Source of the DNA: an uncultured Vicinamibacterales bacterium
Lineage (GTDB): Bacteria; Acidobacteriota; Vicinamibacteria; Vicinamibacterales; JAKQTR01
Length of the DNA: 63,886 bases
NCBI GenBank assembly: GCA_964491885.1
Contig: CAZBIP010000001.1
Location: forward strand, 10,745-74,630
Reading direction: 5' to 3'
Part shown: in pieces, positions 20,152-28,944 of the stretch
Position numbering within the stretch: the stretch's first letter is position 1
How the letters are laid out: each line of letters opens with the position of its first letter
Notes under the pieces: model-generated
Seen by the model: the letters and a program-made list of their open reading frames with translations, nothing else
The model's database searches: none
Told to the model about the DNA's origin: nothing
Program-made: the position numbers and the translations under genes

Positions 20152-21604
20152 CCTGTTCGACCTGCCGTTCGAGGACGACGACACCGCCGGCGGCGGCGGG
20201 GGCGGCGCGCCGCCCGAGGCGGGGCCGCGGATCTTCACCGTGAGCGAACTCACGGCGGAGGTCCGGCAGGTGGTCGAGGACGCGTGGTCGGACGTCTGGG
20301 TCGAGGGTGAACTCTCCAACTGCCGGCTCTGGAACACGGGACACCTGTACTTCTCCCTGAAGGACCCGTCGGCCCAGCTGCGCGGCGTCATGTTCAAGCG
20401 CGAAGCCCGCCTGCTGGCGTTCAAGCCGGAAGACGGGACGCACGTGCTCGTGCACGGCCGGCTCAACGTGTACGAGCCGAAGGGCGAGTACCAGATCGTC
20501 TGCAGCGAAATGGAGCCCAGGGGGCTGGGCGCGCGGCAGCTCGCGCTCGACCAGTTGAAGCGCCGCCTCCAGGCCGAAGGGCTCCTCGACCAGGCCCGCA
20601 AGCGCCCGCTCCCGGCGCTGCCCCGCAAGATCGGCGTCGTCACGTCCATCGACGGGGCGGCGCTGCGTGACATCCTCACGGTCCTCGGCCGCCGCTACCC
20701 CGACGCCCACGTGGTCATCGCGCCGGCGCGGGTGCAGGGCGACACGGCCGCCGCCGACATCGCGCGCGCCCTCGGCGAGATCGGGCGCGTCGAGGGCGTG
20801 GACGTCGTCATCGTGGGCCGTGGCGGCGGCGCGATCGAGGACCTGTGGGCCTTCAACGAGGAGCCGGTGGCGCGCGCCATCGTTCGTTGCCCGGTGCCGG
20901 TCATCTCGGCGGTGGGCCACGAAGTGGACGTGACGCTCGCCGACCTCGTGGCGGACCTGCGCGCGCCGACGCCATCGGCGGCGGCCGAACTGGTGGTCGC
21001 GGCGAAGAACGAGTTCGTGCGCCGCATCGACCACCTGGCGGACCGGCTGTCTGCGGCGGCGAACGCGAGCGTCCGGTCCGGCGCGCTCGCCCTGCAGAAG
21101 CTGGCGGCGCGCCCCGCGTTCGCCGGGTTCCCGGCGCGGCTCGCGCTGCGCGGGCGCCACGTGGCGGAACTGATGATGGATCTGCAGCGCGCGGGCCTGG
21201 ATCGTCTCGCCGTGCGCCAGCGGGCGTTCCAGTCGCTGCGGCTCCGCCTGGAGTCGCTCGACATCCGCCGCAGCCTCGGACGCCTCCAGGGGCGCCTGGC
21301 CCCGGCGGACGCCCGCCTCGACGCCGCGCTCGCGCGCCGCCGGCACGCCGCCGATTCGCACCTGGGCTCCCTGGCGGCCCGCCTCGACGCGCTGAGCCCG
21401 CTCGCCGTCCTCGGCCGCGGGTACGCGGTCTGCTGGGACGGCCCGCGCCGCGCCATCCTCCGCGACGCGTCGGCCGTGGCCGACGGCGCGGCCGTGCGCG
21501 TGACGCTCCACCGCGGCGAACTGAGCTGCATCGTCACGGGCCGGGACGTGCCGGCGCCGCCGGCGGCCGATGCCCCGAACACCCGCAGTCAAGGTGAACG
21601 CTGA
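20144..21604 (+). CDS. xseA: exodeoxyribonuclease VII large subunit
   Basis: 486 aa with an N-terminal OB fold (FTVSELTAEVRQVVEDAWSDVWVEGELSN). GTG start. Confidence 0.93.
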   Translation: MPDLFDLPFEDDDTAGGGGGGAPPEAGPRIFTVSELTAEVRQVVEDAWSDVWVEGELSNCRLWNTGHLYFSLKDPSAQLRGVMFKREARLLAFKPEDGTHVLVHGRLNVYEPKGEYQIVCSEMEPRGLGARQLALDQLKRRLQAEGLLDQARKRPLPALPRKIGVVTSIDGAALRDILTVLGRRYPDAHVVIAPARVQGDTAAADIARALGEIGRVEGVDVVIVGRGGGAIEDLWAFNEEPVARAIVRCPVPVISAVGHEVDVTLADLVADLRAPTPSAAAELVVAAKNEFVRRIDHLADRLSAAANASVRSGALALQKLAARPAFAGFPARLALRGRHVAELMMDLQRAGLDRLAVRQRAFQSLRLRLESLDIRRSLGRLQGRLAPADARLDAALARRRHAADSHLGSLAARLDALSPLAVLGRGYAVCWDGPRRAILRDASAVADGAAVRVTLHRGELSCIVTGRDVPAPPAADAPNTRSQGER

Positions 21605-21861
21605 TGGACGAACACATCAAGGACTTCGAAGCCGCCATCGCCGAGCTCGAGGCGATCGTCAAGAAGCTCGAGGACGGGGAGCTCACGCTGGAACAGTCGC
21701 TCGAGCTCTACGAGCGCGGCGTCCGGCTGTCGCGCTACTGCCATGGCCGGCTCGAAGAGGCGGAACGGCGCATCGAGGTGCTTGGCGAACGCGGCGAACT
21801 GCAACCGGCGCCGCCGTCGCTCGGCGCGGCCGCGCCGGACGAGAAGGGGCGCCGATCGTGA
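21604..21861 (+). CDS. xseB: exodeoxyribonuclease VII small subunit
   Basis: 85 aa (FEAAIAELEAIVKKLEDGELTLEQSLELYERGV). The start overlaps the xseA stop. Confidence 0.92.
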   Translation: MDEHIKDFEAAIAELEAIVKKLEDGELTLEQSLELYERGVRLSRYCHGRLEEAERRIEVLGERGELQPAPPSLGAAAPDEKGRRS

Positions 21862-22799
21862 CGGACCCTGCGGGCGATCCCTTCCGGGAGTATCTGCGCG
21901 CGCGGCGGGAGGCGGTGGACCGGGAACTCGACCGGATCCTCCCCCCGGTGACGGGCCGCCTGTCGGGCGTCCACGACGCCATGCGTTACAGCCTCTTCGC
22001 CGGAGGCAAGCGCTTCAGGCCGATTCTCGCCCTCGCCGCGGCCGACGCCGTCGCGCCCGGCGATCCGGATGCCGTCCGCCTCGCCATGCCCGCGGCCTGC
22101 GCGATCGAGATGATCCACACCTACTCGCTCGTCCACGACGACCTGCCCGCCATGGACAACGACACGATCAGACGCGGCAAGCCCACGCTGCACGTGGTGT
22201 GCGGCGAAGGCCTCGCGATCCTGGCGGGCGACGGGCTGCTGGCCGAAGCGTTCGTGCTGCTGGCCCGCGAGCCCGGGTGCGACGGGCGGCCGGAGATCGC
22301 CGCGCGCAAGCTCGCCGCCATCCGCCGCATCGCGGATGCCGCCGGCGCGGCCGGCATGGTCGGCGGCCAGGCGATGGACCTGCAGGCCGCCGGGCACGGG
22401 TGCGACGCCGACGGGCTGGATGCCGAAGGCGTCCGGGACATGCACGCCCGCAAGACCGGCGCGCTCATCCGCGCGGCCGCGGCCACCGGCGCCGTCATGG
22501 CCGGCGCCGGTCCCGCGCGCGTCGAGGCCGTGGACCGCTACGCGGCCTCTCTCGGCCTCGCCTTCCAGATCGTCGACGACGTGCTCGACGTCGAGGGCAC
22601 GGACGGGGCGCTCGGCAAGACCGCGGGCAAGGACGCGGCGGCGGGCAAGCCGACCTACCCGGCGCTCTTCGGCCTCGACGCGTCGAAGCGCCTCGCCCGC
22701 GAGGCGGCCGACGCCGCGCGTGCGGCCCTCGCCGCCGAAGGCCTCGGGGACACGCGGCTCGCCGAGATCGTCACGTGGGTTGTCTCGCGCAGCTCGTAG
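21858..22799 (+). CDS. ispA: polyprenyl (farnesyl/geranylgeranyl) diphosphate synthase
   Basis: GTG 21858 overlaps the xseB stop (GTGA). Both Asp-rich motifs are present: LVHDDLPAMDNDTIRRG and FQIVDDVLD. The track ORF 21570-22799 is N-terminally over-extended. Confidence 0.9.
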   Translation: MTDPAGDPFREYLRARREAVDRELDRILPPVTGRLSGVHDAMRYSLFAGGKRFRPILALAAADAVAPGDPDAVRLAMPAACAIEMIHTYSLVHDDLPAMDNDTIRRGKPTLHVVCGEGLAILAGDGLLAEAFVLLAREPGCDGRPEIAARKLAAIRRIADAAGAAGMVGGQAMDLQAAGHGCDADGLDAEGVRDMHARKTGALIRAAAATGAVMAGAGPARVEAVDRYAASLGLAFQIVDDVLDVEGTDGALGKTAGKDAAAGKPTYPALFGLDASKRLAREAADAARAALAAEGLGDTRLAEIVTWVVSRSS

Positions 22800-22810
22800 A
22801 GCCGCCCGCC

Positions 22811-23596
22811 ATGCCGCCGCGCCCCCGCACACGCCTCGATGCCGCGCTCGTCAGCCGGGGACTCGCGCCGTCGCGCGAGCGGGCGCGCGCGCTCGTGCTG
22901 GCCGGGCGCGTCCGCGTGGGCGAGGCCATCGTCACCAAGGCGGGGGCGGACGTCCCGGACGGCGCGCCGCTCACGGTCGTCGAACCGGACTTTCCCTGGG
23001 TCGGCCGCGGCGGCGTCAAGCTCGCGCACGCCCTCGACACCTTCGGGATCGACGTCACCGGCCGGGAGGCGCTCGACATCGGCGCCTCGACCGGGGGCTT
23101 CACCGACGTGCTGCTCCGGCGGGGCGCCGCGCGGGTCGTCGCGCTCGACGTGGGGCACGGTCAGCTCGACTGGCGATTGCGGGAAGACCCTCGCGTGGTC
23201 GTGCTCGAGCGTCACAACGCCAGGCAGTTGGCGCGCGGCTGGCTGCCGGCACCCGCGGGCATCGTCACGATCGACGTGTCGTTCATCTCGCTCCGGCTCG
23301 TCCTGCCCGCGCTGCCGCCGGTCCTCGCGGACGGGGCCGACGTGGTGGCGCTCGTGAAGCCGCAGTTCGAGGCGGGGCGCGCCCAAGTCGGGCGGGGCGG
23401 CCTGGTGAAGGACCCGGCCGTGCACGAGGCGGTGCTGGCGCGCGTGACGGACGCGGCGGACGCCTGCGGCCTGCGCCGCGTCGCGATGACGCCCTCGCCG
23501 ATCACCGGGGCGACGGGCAACGTGGAGTTCCTGATGCACCTGCGCGCCGCGGCCGCGGGGCCAGGCTGCGACTCGGCGTCGGCCTTCGACGCCTGA
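22811..23596 (+). CDS. tlyA: TlyA-family rRNA 2'-O-methyltransferase
   Basis: ATG 22811 lies inside track ORF 21743-23596. An S4 domain (RLDAALVSRGLAPSRERARALVLAGRVRV) and the SAM motif LDIGASTGGFTD are present. Confidence 0.9.
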   Translation: MPPRPRTRLDAALVSRGLAPSRERARALVLAGRVRVGEAIVTKAGADVPDGAPLTVVEPDFPWVGRGGVKLAHALDTFGIDVTGREALDIGASTGGFTDVLLRRGAARVVALDVGHGQLDWRLREDPRVVVLERHNARQLARGWLPAPAGIVTIDVSFISLRLVLPALPPVLADGADVVALVKPQFEAGRAQVGRGGLVKDPAVHEAVLARVTDAADACGLRRVAMTPSPITGATGNVEFLMHLRAAAAGPGCDSASAFDA

Positions 23597-23617
23597 CCGC
23601 ACCGCCGCCAGAACTCT

Positions 23618-26089
23618 TCACTGGAACGCCGGGTTCCCGATCGCCTGCCAGAGGGCTTCGCGGCTCGCCTCGGAGCCCCCGAACCTCGCGCTCGGGAACT
23701 TCCGGTGCACGAGCATGTTCTGGTAGATGTAGTCGCCCACGCGCAGGTTGACGCCCATCCCCGCCAGGTATTGCAGGCGCAGGTTGCGGTCGCGGTTGAT
23801 CGCCGCGTCGGCCATCCACGGCCGCAGATCCTGCTCCTCGCCCGCGTAGGTCGACAGCAGGCCGACGGCCGACGTGAACCCGACCTCCCGCAACGACGCG
23901 GCGATCGGGGCGCTCTCGGGCCTGGCGAGTCGGGCTTCGATCCGATCGATGTCGATGGGCGCCGGGTCGGCCTGCCCGAGCAGCACGAGGTCGTAGCCCG
24001 CGCCGTTGTAGGTGTTGCCGAACACGATGCCCTGGGGGAAGGCCTCGAAGAAGGTCGCGATCTCGCTCTTCACCGCGTCCTCGCTGCTCGAGTACAGCTG
24101 CACGAACAGCGTCACGACGCCACCCGGATTGAGCCGGCGGCGCACGAGCTGGAAGAACTCCCGCGAGTACAGCATCGCCGCGCCCTTGACCCACGGGTCG
24201 AGGGGATCCGAGGTGATCGCGTCGAAGGTCTCGTCCGTCGTGAGCAGGAAGTGCCGCCCGTCGTCGATGCGGAGCCGGACCTTGGGATTGTTGACGACGT
24301 CGAAGTTGTGCTGGCCGAAATACTTCGACACCGTCTTGATCACCAGGGGCTCGATCTCGGCGACGGTCACGCGCTCGACCGCGGGATCGATCGACACCGC
24401 CCCGGCGGTGACGCCCGCACCGAACCCGATCACGAACACCGACTTCGGCCGCTCCGGCACGAGCGTCGTCAGGTGCCCGAGCATGCGCTGGAGCCGCATG
24501 TCCTGGGGTTCGCTGGACGCCTGCACCTTGCCCGCGTTGTGGTAATTGAGCACGCCGCTCGAGAGCCGCGACACCGCGACCGACGCGTTCAGCCCCTCGC
24601 CCACGTAGATGAAGTCGGCCTGGTTGACCCACGTTGCCGCGAAGCGGCCGTATCCCACGAGCAAGCCCGGCACGGGGGGCACCATCCGCCCGGCCGCGAC
24701 GGCGCCGCCGCCCACGACGAGCACGAGCAGGGCCGCGGTCGCGCGGCTTCGCCAGGCGCCTCCCCCGTCGGCCGCGGCCGTGCCGAAGCCGGGCAGCAGC
24801 ACCAGCAGGGCCGACGCCGCGGCCACCGCGATCAGGAACTGCTGCACGTGCTGACTTCCGTACCAGGCCACCAGGACGCCCGCGCCGAGCGCGCCGAGGA
24901 TCGCGCCGAACGTGTTGGCCGCGTACATCGCGCCGACGACGCGCGCCTGGTCGCCGCCGAAGCGCGCGACGGCGGCGAGCGCCAGCGGGAAACTCGCGCC
25001 CCAGAGCAGCGATCCCGGCAGGACGGTCCAGAGGCACCGCGCGCTGTCGATCTGGAAGTTGAACAACGGGCTCGTCGAAATCGACGGATCGACGGGCCAG
25101 TACGGCAGCGAACCGGACAGCATGACGCCGGCCCAGGCGAGCGCGGCGCACAGCCCCGCCTGGCACCAGCCGAGCGCGGCGGCCGGGCGCGGGAGGCTGC
25201 GCGCGAGCGCGGAGCCCGCGCTGCTGCCGATCCCGAGGCCGAGCAGGATGCCGGCGAGAATCAGCGAGAACGTGTAGGTCGTGCCGCCGAAGACGAGCGA
25301 CAGGAGCCGCGTCCAGACGACCTCGGACGCCAGCGCCGTGAATCCGGACAGCCCGATCGCCACGTACACCGCGCGGCGCTCGAAGGCGCCCTCGCGCGCG
25401 GCCGCCGCGGGCGCCGGCTGCGGCGCGTCTCCGGAGGACAGCGGTCCGTCCGCCGCCTGGCGCGATGCCGCGAAGATCTTCGACAGCAGCAGCGCTACGA
25501 CCGCCACGCCGGCGTTGAGCGCGACGGCGACGAAGGTCGCCACGGTCACGTCGTGGACACGGAGCAGGTAGAAGCCCGCGAGGACGCTCCCGAGCACGGC
25601 GCCGGCCGTGTTGCCCGCGTAGAACAGCCCGAGCCAGGACACGCCGCGCGGCGTCATCCCGACCCACCTCGAGAGCGCGGGCAGCGTCGCGCCCATGAGG
25701 AGCGTCGGCGGCAGCATGCAGATGGCGGCCGCGACGGCCCTCAGCGCGACGCCCATGGTGCCGGGCCCCGCCCACGCGGCGTAGGCGCCGCCCACGAGCG
25801 GCATGATGGCGAGCACGAGCAGGCCGATGATGCCGATGCCCACCTCGAGCAGCGCGTACACGCGCAGCGGGTGGTGGCGGTCCGAGACGAACCGCCCGAA
25901 TGCGAGGCTGCCGAGGCACAGCCCGCCCATGTAGGTGCCGAGCAAGACGCCGAGCGAGAGCGACGAGGTTCCGATCACGAGTTCCAGCAACTGGAACCAG
26001 ACGACCTCGTAGATCAGGGCGGCGCAGCCGCTGCCGACGAAGAGCACGATCAGGGCAGGCCGTGAGCGTCGGGTATCCATGATGGGCAT
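23618..26089 (-). CDS. fused MFS-like membrane domain / spermidine-synthase-like methyltransferase-fold protein
   Basis: 823 aa. The first ~450 aa are polytopic membrane segments. A spermidine-synthase-like core follows (VFVIGFGAGVTAGA, DAITSDPLDPW). Confidence 0.85.
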   Translation of the reverse strand: MPIMDTRRSRPALIVLFVGSGCAALIYEVVWFQLLELVIGTSSLSLGVLLGTYMGGLCLGSLAFGRFVSDRHHPLRVYALLEVGIGIIGLLVLAIMPLVGGAYAAWAGPGTMGVALRAVAAAICMLPPTLLMGATLPALSRWVGMTPRGVSWLGLFYAGNTAGAVLGSVLAGFYLLRVHDVTVATFVAVALNAGVAVVALLLSKIFAASRQAADGPLSSGDAPQPAPAAAAREGAFERRAVYVAIGLSGFTALASEVVWTRLLSLVFGGTTYTFSLILAGILLGLGIGSSAGSALARSLPRPAAALGWCQAGLCAALAWAGVMLSGSLPYWPVDPSISTSPLFNFQIDSARCLWTVLPGSLLWGASFPLALAAVARFGGDQARVVGAMYAANTFGAILGALGAGVLVAWYGSQHVQQFLIAVAAASALLVLLPGFGTAAADGGGAWRSRATAALLVLVVGGGAVAAGRMVPPVPGLLVGYGRFAATWVNQADFIYVGEGLNASVAVSRLSSGVLNYHNAGKVQASSEPQDMRLQRMLGHLTTLVPERPKSVFVIGFGAGVTAGAVSIDPAVERVTVAEIEPLVIKTVSKYFGQHNFDVVNNPKVRLRIDDGRHFLLTTDETFDAITSDPLDPWVKGAAMLYSREFFQLVRRRLNPGGVVTLFVQLYSSSEDAVKSEIATFFEAFPQGIVFGNTYNGAGYDLVLLGQADPAPIDIDRIEARLARPESAPIAASLREVGFTSAVGLLSTYAGEEQDLRPWMADAAINRDRNLRLQYLAGMGVNLRVGDYIYQNMLVHRKFPSARFGGSEASREALWQAIGNPAFQ

Positions 26090-26251
26090 CCTGTGTCGAC
26101 CGAGCCGGAGCGGCCGCGACGAGCGGCCGGAAGTCCGCCAGTCTACGGGCTGCGCCGGGACGCGGCAAGCGCTACTTTCGAGCGCGCGCGGGCGGCGCTT
26201 CCGGGCCGTGGCGCGGGCGGTCTAGAATGACGCTGCACGGGCGGGGGGCTC

Positions 26252-27130
26252 ATGAACATCACTCGCGTGGGAATCGTCGCCAAGCCGGGCCTGGTCGCAC
26301 TCCGCGACGACCTGCCGCGCATCGTCGCGTGGCTCGGGGAGCGCGGCGTCGCCTCGTGGCTCGATCAGGAAACACAGCGACTGATGGGCGCCACCAGCCT
26401 GCCCGTCGCGTCGCGCGACGAGATGCCGGGCCTCGTGGATCTCGTCCTGCTCCTCGGCGGCGACGGCACGCTCCTCGGCATGGCCGACCGCATCGCCCAG
26501 GCCGGGCGGGACGTCCCGATCCTCGGCGTCAACTTCGGCGGCCTCGGGTTCCTCACCGAGATCAAGTACGACGAACTCTATCCGGCGCTCGAGTCCGTGC
26601 TGGCCGGCACGGCGCTCATCGAGCCGCGGCTGATGCTGCGCGGCGTCATCACGCGCGGCGGCCGCACCGTGAGGGACACCCACGTGCTGAACGAGGTCGC
26701 CATCACGGGCGGGTCGCTGTCGCGCGTCGTCGAGTTCGGGGTGCGGGTCGGCGGCCAGCCGGTCGCGACCTTCCACGCGGACGGCATCATCATCTCGACG
26801 CCGACCGGGTCCACGGCGTACAACCTCTCCGCCGGAGGCCCGATCGTCCACCCGGCCGTTCACGCCCTCGTGCTGAATCCCATCGCGCCGCACACGCTGA
26901 CGAACCGCCCGGTGGTCATCCCCGCGTCGGCCGACGTCGAGGTCAGGCCGGGACTGCGGGATCCCGCGGCCGAGGCCTTCGTGACGTTCGACGGGCAATT
27001 CGGCGACCGCCTCGAGGCGCACGACGTCGTCCTGGTGCGGGCCGCTTCGTCACCGGCCCGGCTCATCCGCGCCCCGGCCCGCAGCTACTACGACGTGCTG
27101 CGCACGAAACTGAGGTGGGCGGAAAGATAG
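26252..27130 (+). CDS. nadK: NAD(+) kinase
   Basis: 292 aa with the LLLGGDGTLLG motif and a TPTGSTAYNLSAGGP region. Confidence 0.93.
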   Translation: MNITRVGIVAKPGLVALRDDLPRIVAWLGERGVASWLDQETQRLMGATSLPVASRDEMPGLVDLVLLLGGDGTLLGMADRIAQAGRDVPILGVNFGGLGFLTEIKYDELYPALESVLAGTALIEPRLMLRGVITRGGRTVRDTHVLNEVAITGGSLSRVVEFGVRVGGQPVATFHADGIIISTPTGSTAYNLSAGGPIVHPAVHALVLNPIAPHTLTNRPVVIPASADVEVRPGLRDPAAEAFVTFDGQFGDRLEAHDVVLVRAASSPARLIRAPARSYYDVLRTKLRWAER

Positions 27131-27169
27131 AATTCAGAAGTCAGAATTCGGAATTCAGAAGCCGGAATG
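27128..27169. repeat. 7-nt tandem array, family A (TAGAATT CAGAAGT CAGAATT CGGAATT CAGAAGC CGGAATG)
   Basis: Read directly from the sequence. The first three bases are the nadK TAG stop codon. Confidence 0.9.
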
Positions 27170-27212
27170 AGAGCCGGACGTCCCGCTGGCGCGAAGCTGG
27201 TGCCACGCGCGC

Positions 27213-28250
27213 TCAGCGCGAGGACGCCCTGTCGCCCCGGCGGAAGAACTGCACCTGGAACTGCTGCACGTTGCGGTTGTGCTCCCGCAGCGTCGACGCG
27301 AACGCGTGGGAGCCGTCGTTCCGGCTGACGAAGTACAGGTAAGGCACCGCCGCGGGATGGGCGGCGGCGACGAGCGACGCCTCCCCGGGCGCGGCGATCG
27401 GCCCTGGCGGCAGCCCGGCGTACCGGTAGGTGTTGTACGGCGAGGCCAGCGCGAGGTCGGCACGCGTGAGGTTGCCGGTGTAGCGCCCCTGCAGTTCGAG
27501 CGCGTAAATCACCGTGGGATCGCACTGAAGCCCCATCCGCCGCTGCAGGCGGTTGTGGTACACGCCGGCGACCAGAGGCCGCTCGTCGGCGCGCGCCGTC
27601 TCCTTCTCGACGAGCGAAGCGAGCGTGACGAGCTGCCGCACGGTCAGCCCGCGCGCCTGCGCCGCGGCGCGCACGTCGCCGGTCAGGGCCTTCTCGAAGC
27701 GCGACACCATCATCCGGACGAGATCCTCGGCCGACGCGCGGCGCGGGAGCGCGTACGTGTCCGGGAACAGGTACCCCTCGAGGTCCCTGGCGAGCGGATC
27801 GAGATCGCGGACCAACCCGGCCTCCCGCGCGGCGCTGGCGAAGGCCGTCGCGGAACCCAGCCCGGCCGACTCGTACACGGCTGACATCTGGCGGATCGTG
27901 AGACCCTCGGGAAACGTGACCGTCCGCAGGTAGACGTCGCCGCGCGCGAGCCTGTCCACGACACCGGCCGGCGTCATCGGGTCCGTGAACCGGTACTCGC
28001 CGGCTTTCAGTGCCGTCGCGCGGCCGCTCTGCCAGACGGCCAGCCGCCAGGTCAGTTCGTCCCGCACGATCCCGTCCCGGACGAGCAGCCGTCCGATCGC
28101 CCGAGGCCCCAGTCCGCCAGGGATGTCGACGAACTGCTCGCCGGCCTCGTACCCCCGATAGGGCTGGGCCAGGCGCGCCTGCTGCTGGCGCGCGAACCAC
28201 GCGCCGGCGGCCAGCGCGGCGATGACGACGAGGAGCGCGAATCGCTTCAT
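27213..28250 (-). CDS. mltG: endolytic murein transglycosylase MltG (YceG family)
   Basis: 345 aa with an N-terminal TM segment. The YceG-like core includes FPEGLTIRQM and ASLVEKET. Confidence 0.9.
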   Translation of the reverse strand: MKRFALLVVIAALAAGAWFARQQQARLAQPYRGYEAGEQFVDIPGGLGPRAIGRLLVRDGIVRDELTWRLAVWQSGRATALKAGEYRFTDPMTPAGVVDRLARGDVYLRTVTFPEGLTIRQMSAVYESAGLGSATAFASAAREAGLVRDLDPLARDLEGYLFPDTYALPRRASAEDLVRMMVSRFEKALTGDVRAAAQARGLTVRQLVTLASLVEKETARADERPLVAGVYHNRLQRRMGLQCDPTVIYALELQGRYTGNLTRADLALASPYNTYRYAGLPPGPIAAPGEASLVAAAHPAAVPYLYFVSRNDGSHAFASTLREHNRNVQQFQVQFFRRGDRASSR

Positions 28251-28272
28251 GCGGCTATTGAGGCTCTCGTTC

Positions 28273-28335
28273 CATTCTGGATTCTGAATTCTGAATTCAG
28301 GATTCTGACTCCTGACTCCTGACTTCTGACTTCTG
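28273..28335. repeat. 7-nt tandem array, family A inverse orientation (9 units: CATTCTG GATTCTG AATTCTG AATTCAG GATTCTG ACTCCTG x2 ACTTCTG x2)
   Basis: Read directly from the sequence. It covers the ruvX-mltG spacer and the last 12 sense codons plus the stop of the ruvX ORF. Confidence 0.9.
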
Positions 28336-28770
28336 TCGGCGCTCCTTCTCCCGATCCAGATACTCCTGCAGAATGATCGCCGCCGCCGCCGCGTCCAGCC
28401 GTCGTTTGCGCACGCGCCAGTCGCGTTCGCGGAGCGCGAGCCGCTCCTCGGCCTCCCGGCTGGTGAGCCGCTCGTCCTGGAGGTCCACCGGGCGCCCCGT
28501 CAGCGACCTGAGCGCGTCCGCCAGCGCCCGGGCGTGGGCCGTCTGCTCGTTGGGCGAGCCGTCGAGCCGGCACGGCAGACCCACGACGATGGCGCCAATC
28601 GGCTCGTCGGCGCGCTCGAGCCTCGTGATCGCGGCGGCCACGGTCCTGGCGGCGCGGACGGCGTCGCGGTCGCCCGGCACGCTCTCGGCCGGCCTCGCGA
28701 GGGTCCCCGTGGGGTCGCTGACGGCGAGACCGATGCGCCGCAACCCGTCGTCCACGCCGAGCACACGCAT
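28297..28770 (-). CDS. ruvX: Holliday-junction-resolvase-like nuclease RuvX/YqgF (C-terminus extended into repeat array)
   Basis: ATG 28770 (MRVLGVDDGLRRIGLAVSD...) is the typical YqgF start. The conserved end ...ILQEYLD is followed by a tail (REKERRQKSEVRSQESES), and the array covers its last 12 codons (QKSEVRSQESES). Confidence 0.88.
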   Translation of the reverse strand: MRVLGVDDGLRRIGLAVSDPTGTLARPAESVPGDRDAVRAARTVAAAITRLERADEPIGAIVVGLPCRLDGSPNEQTAHARALADALRSLTGRPVDLQDERLTSREAEERLALRERDWRVRKRRLDAAAAAIILQEYLDREKERRQKSEVRSQESES

Positions 28771-28944
28771 CGATCGAGGGCCTCCTGTCCCGCCTCGCGC
28801 CCTCAAGTGTAGCCCGTCCTCGGCGGCGCCGGAACGGGCACGCAGCCCGCGGCTCGCGCAGCCTCGTCCCGCATAGGCCCGCTGCCGGGCCCCACGCTAT
28901 ACTGCTGCCATGCCTGACGCCGCCCTCGGGGAAAGGGAGCGCCC

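Noticed and set aside
26090-26251. Divergent promoter elements between the MFS/spermidine-synthase-like gene and nadK (e.g. TAGAAT at 26223-26228). Similar weak -10-like hexamers lie upstream of ppiD (TAGACT 54267-54272), the FucI-like gene (TACAAT 50373-50378) and the DUF2961 gene (TGgTATGCT 63082-63090).
   Set aside because: Each has a plausible -10 but a poor or missing -35 and no supporting data. They are too weak to list as features.
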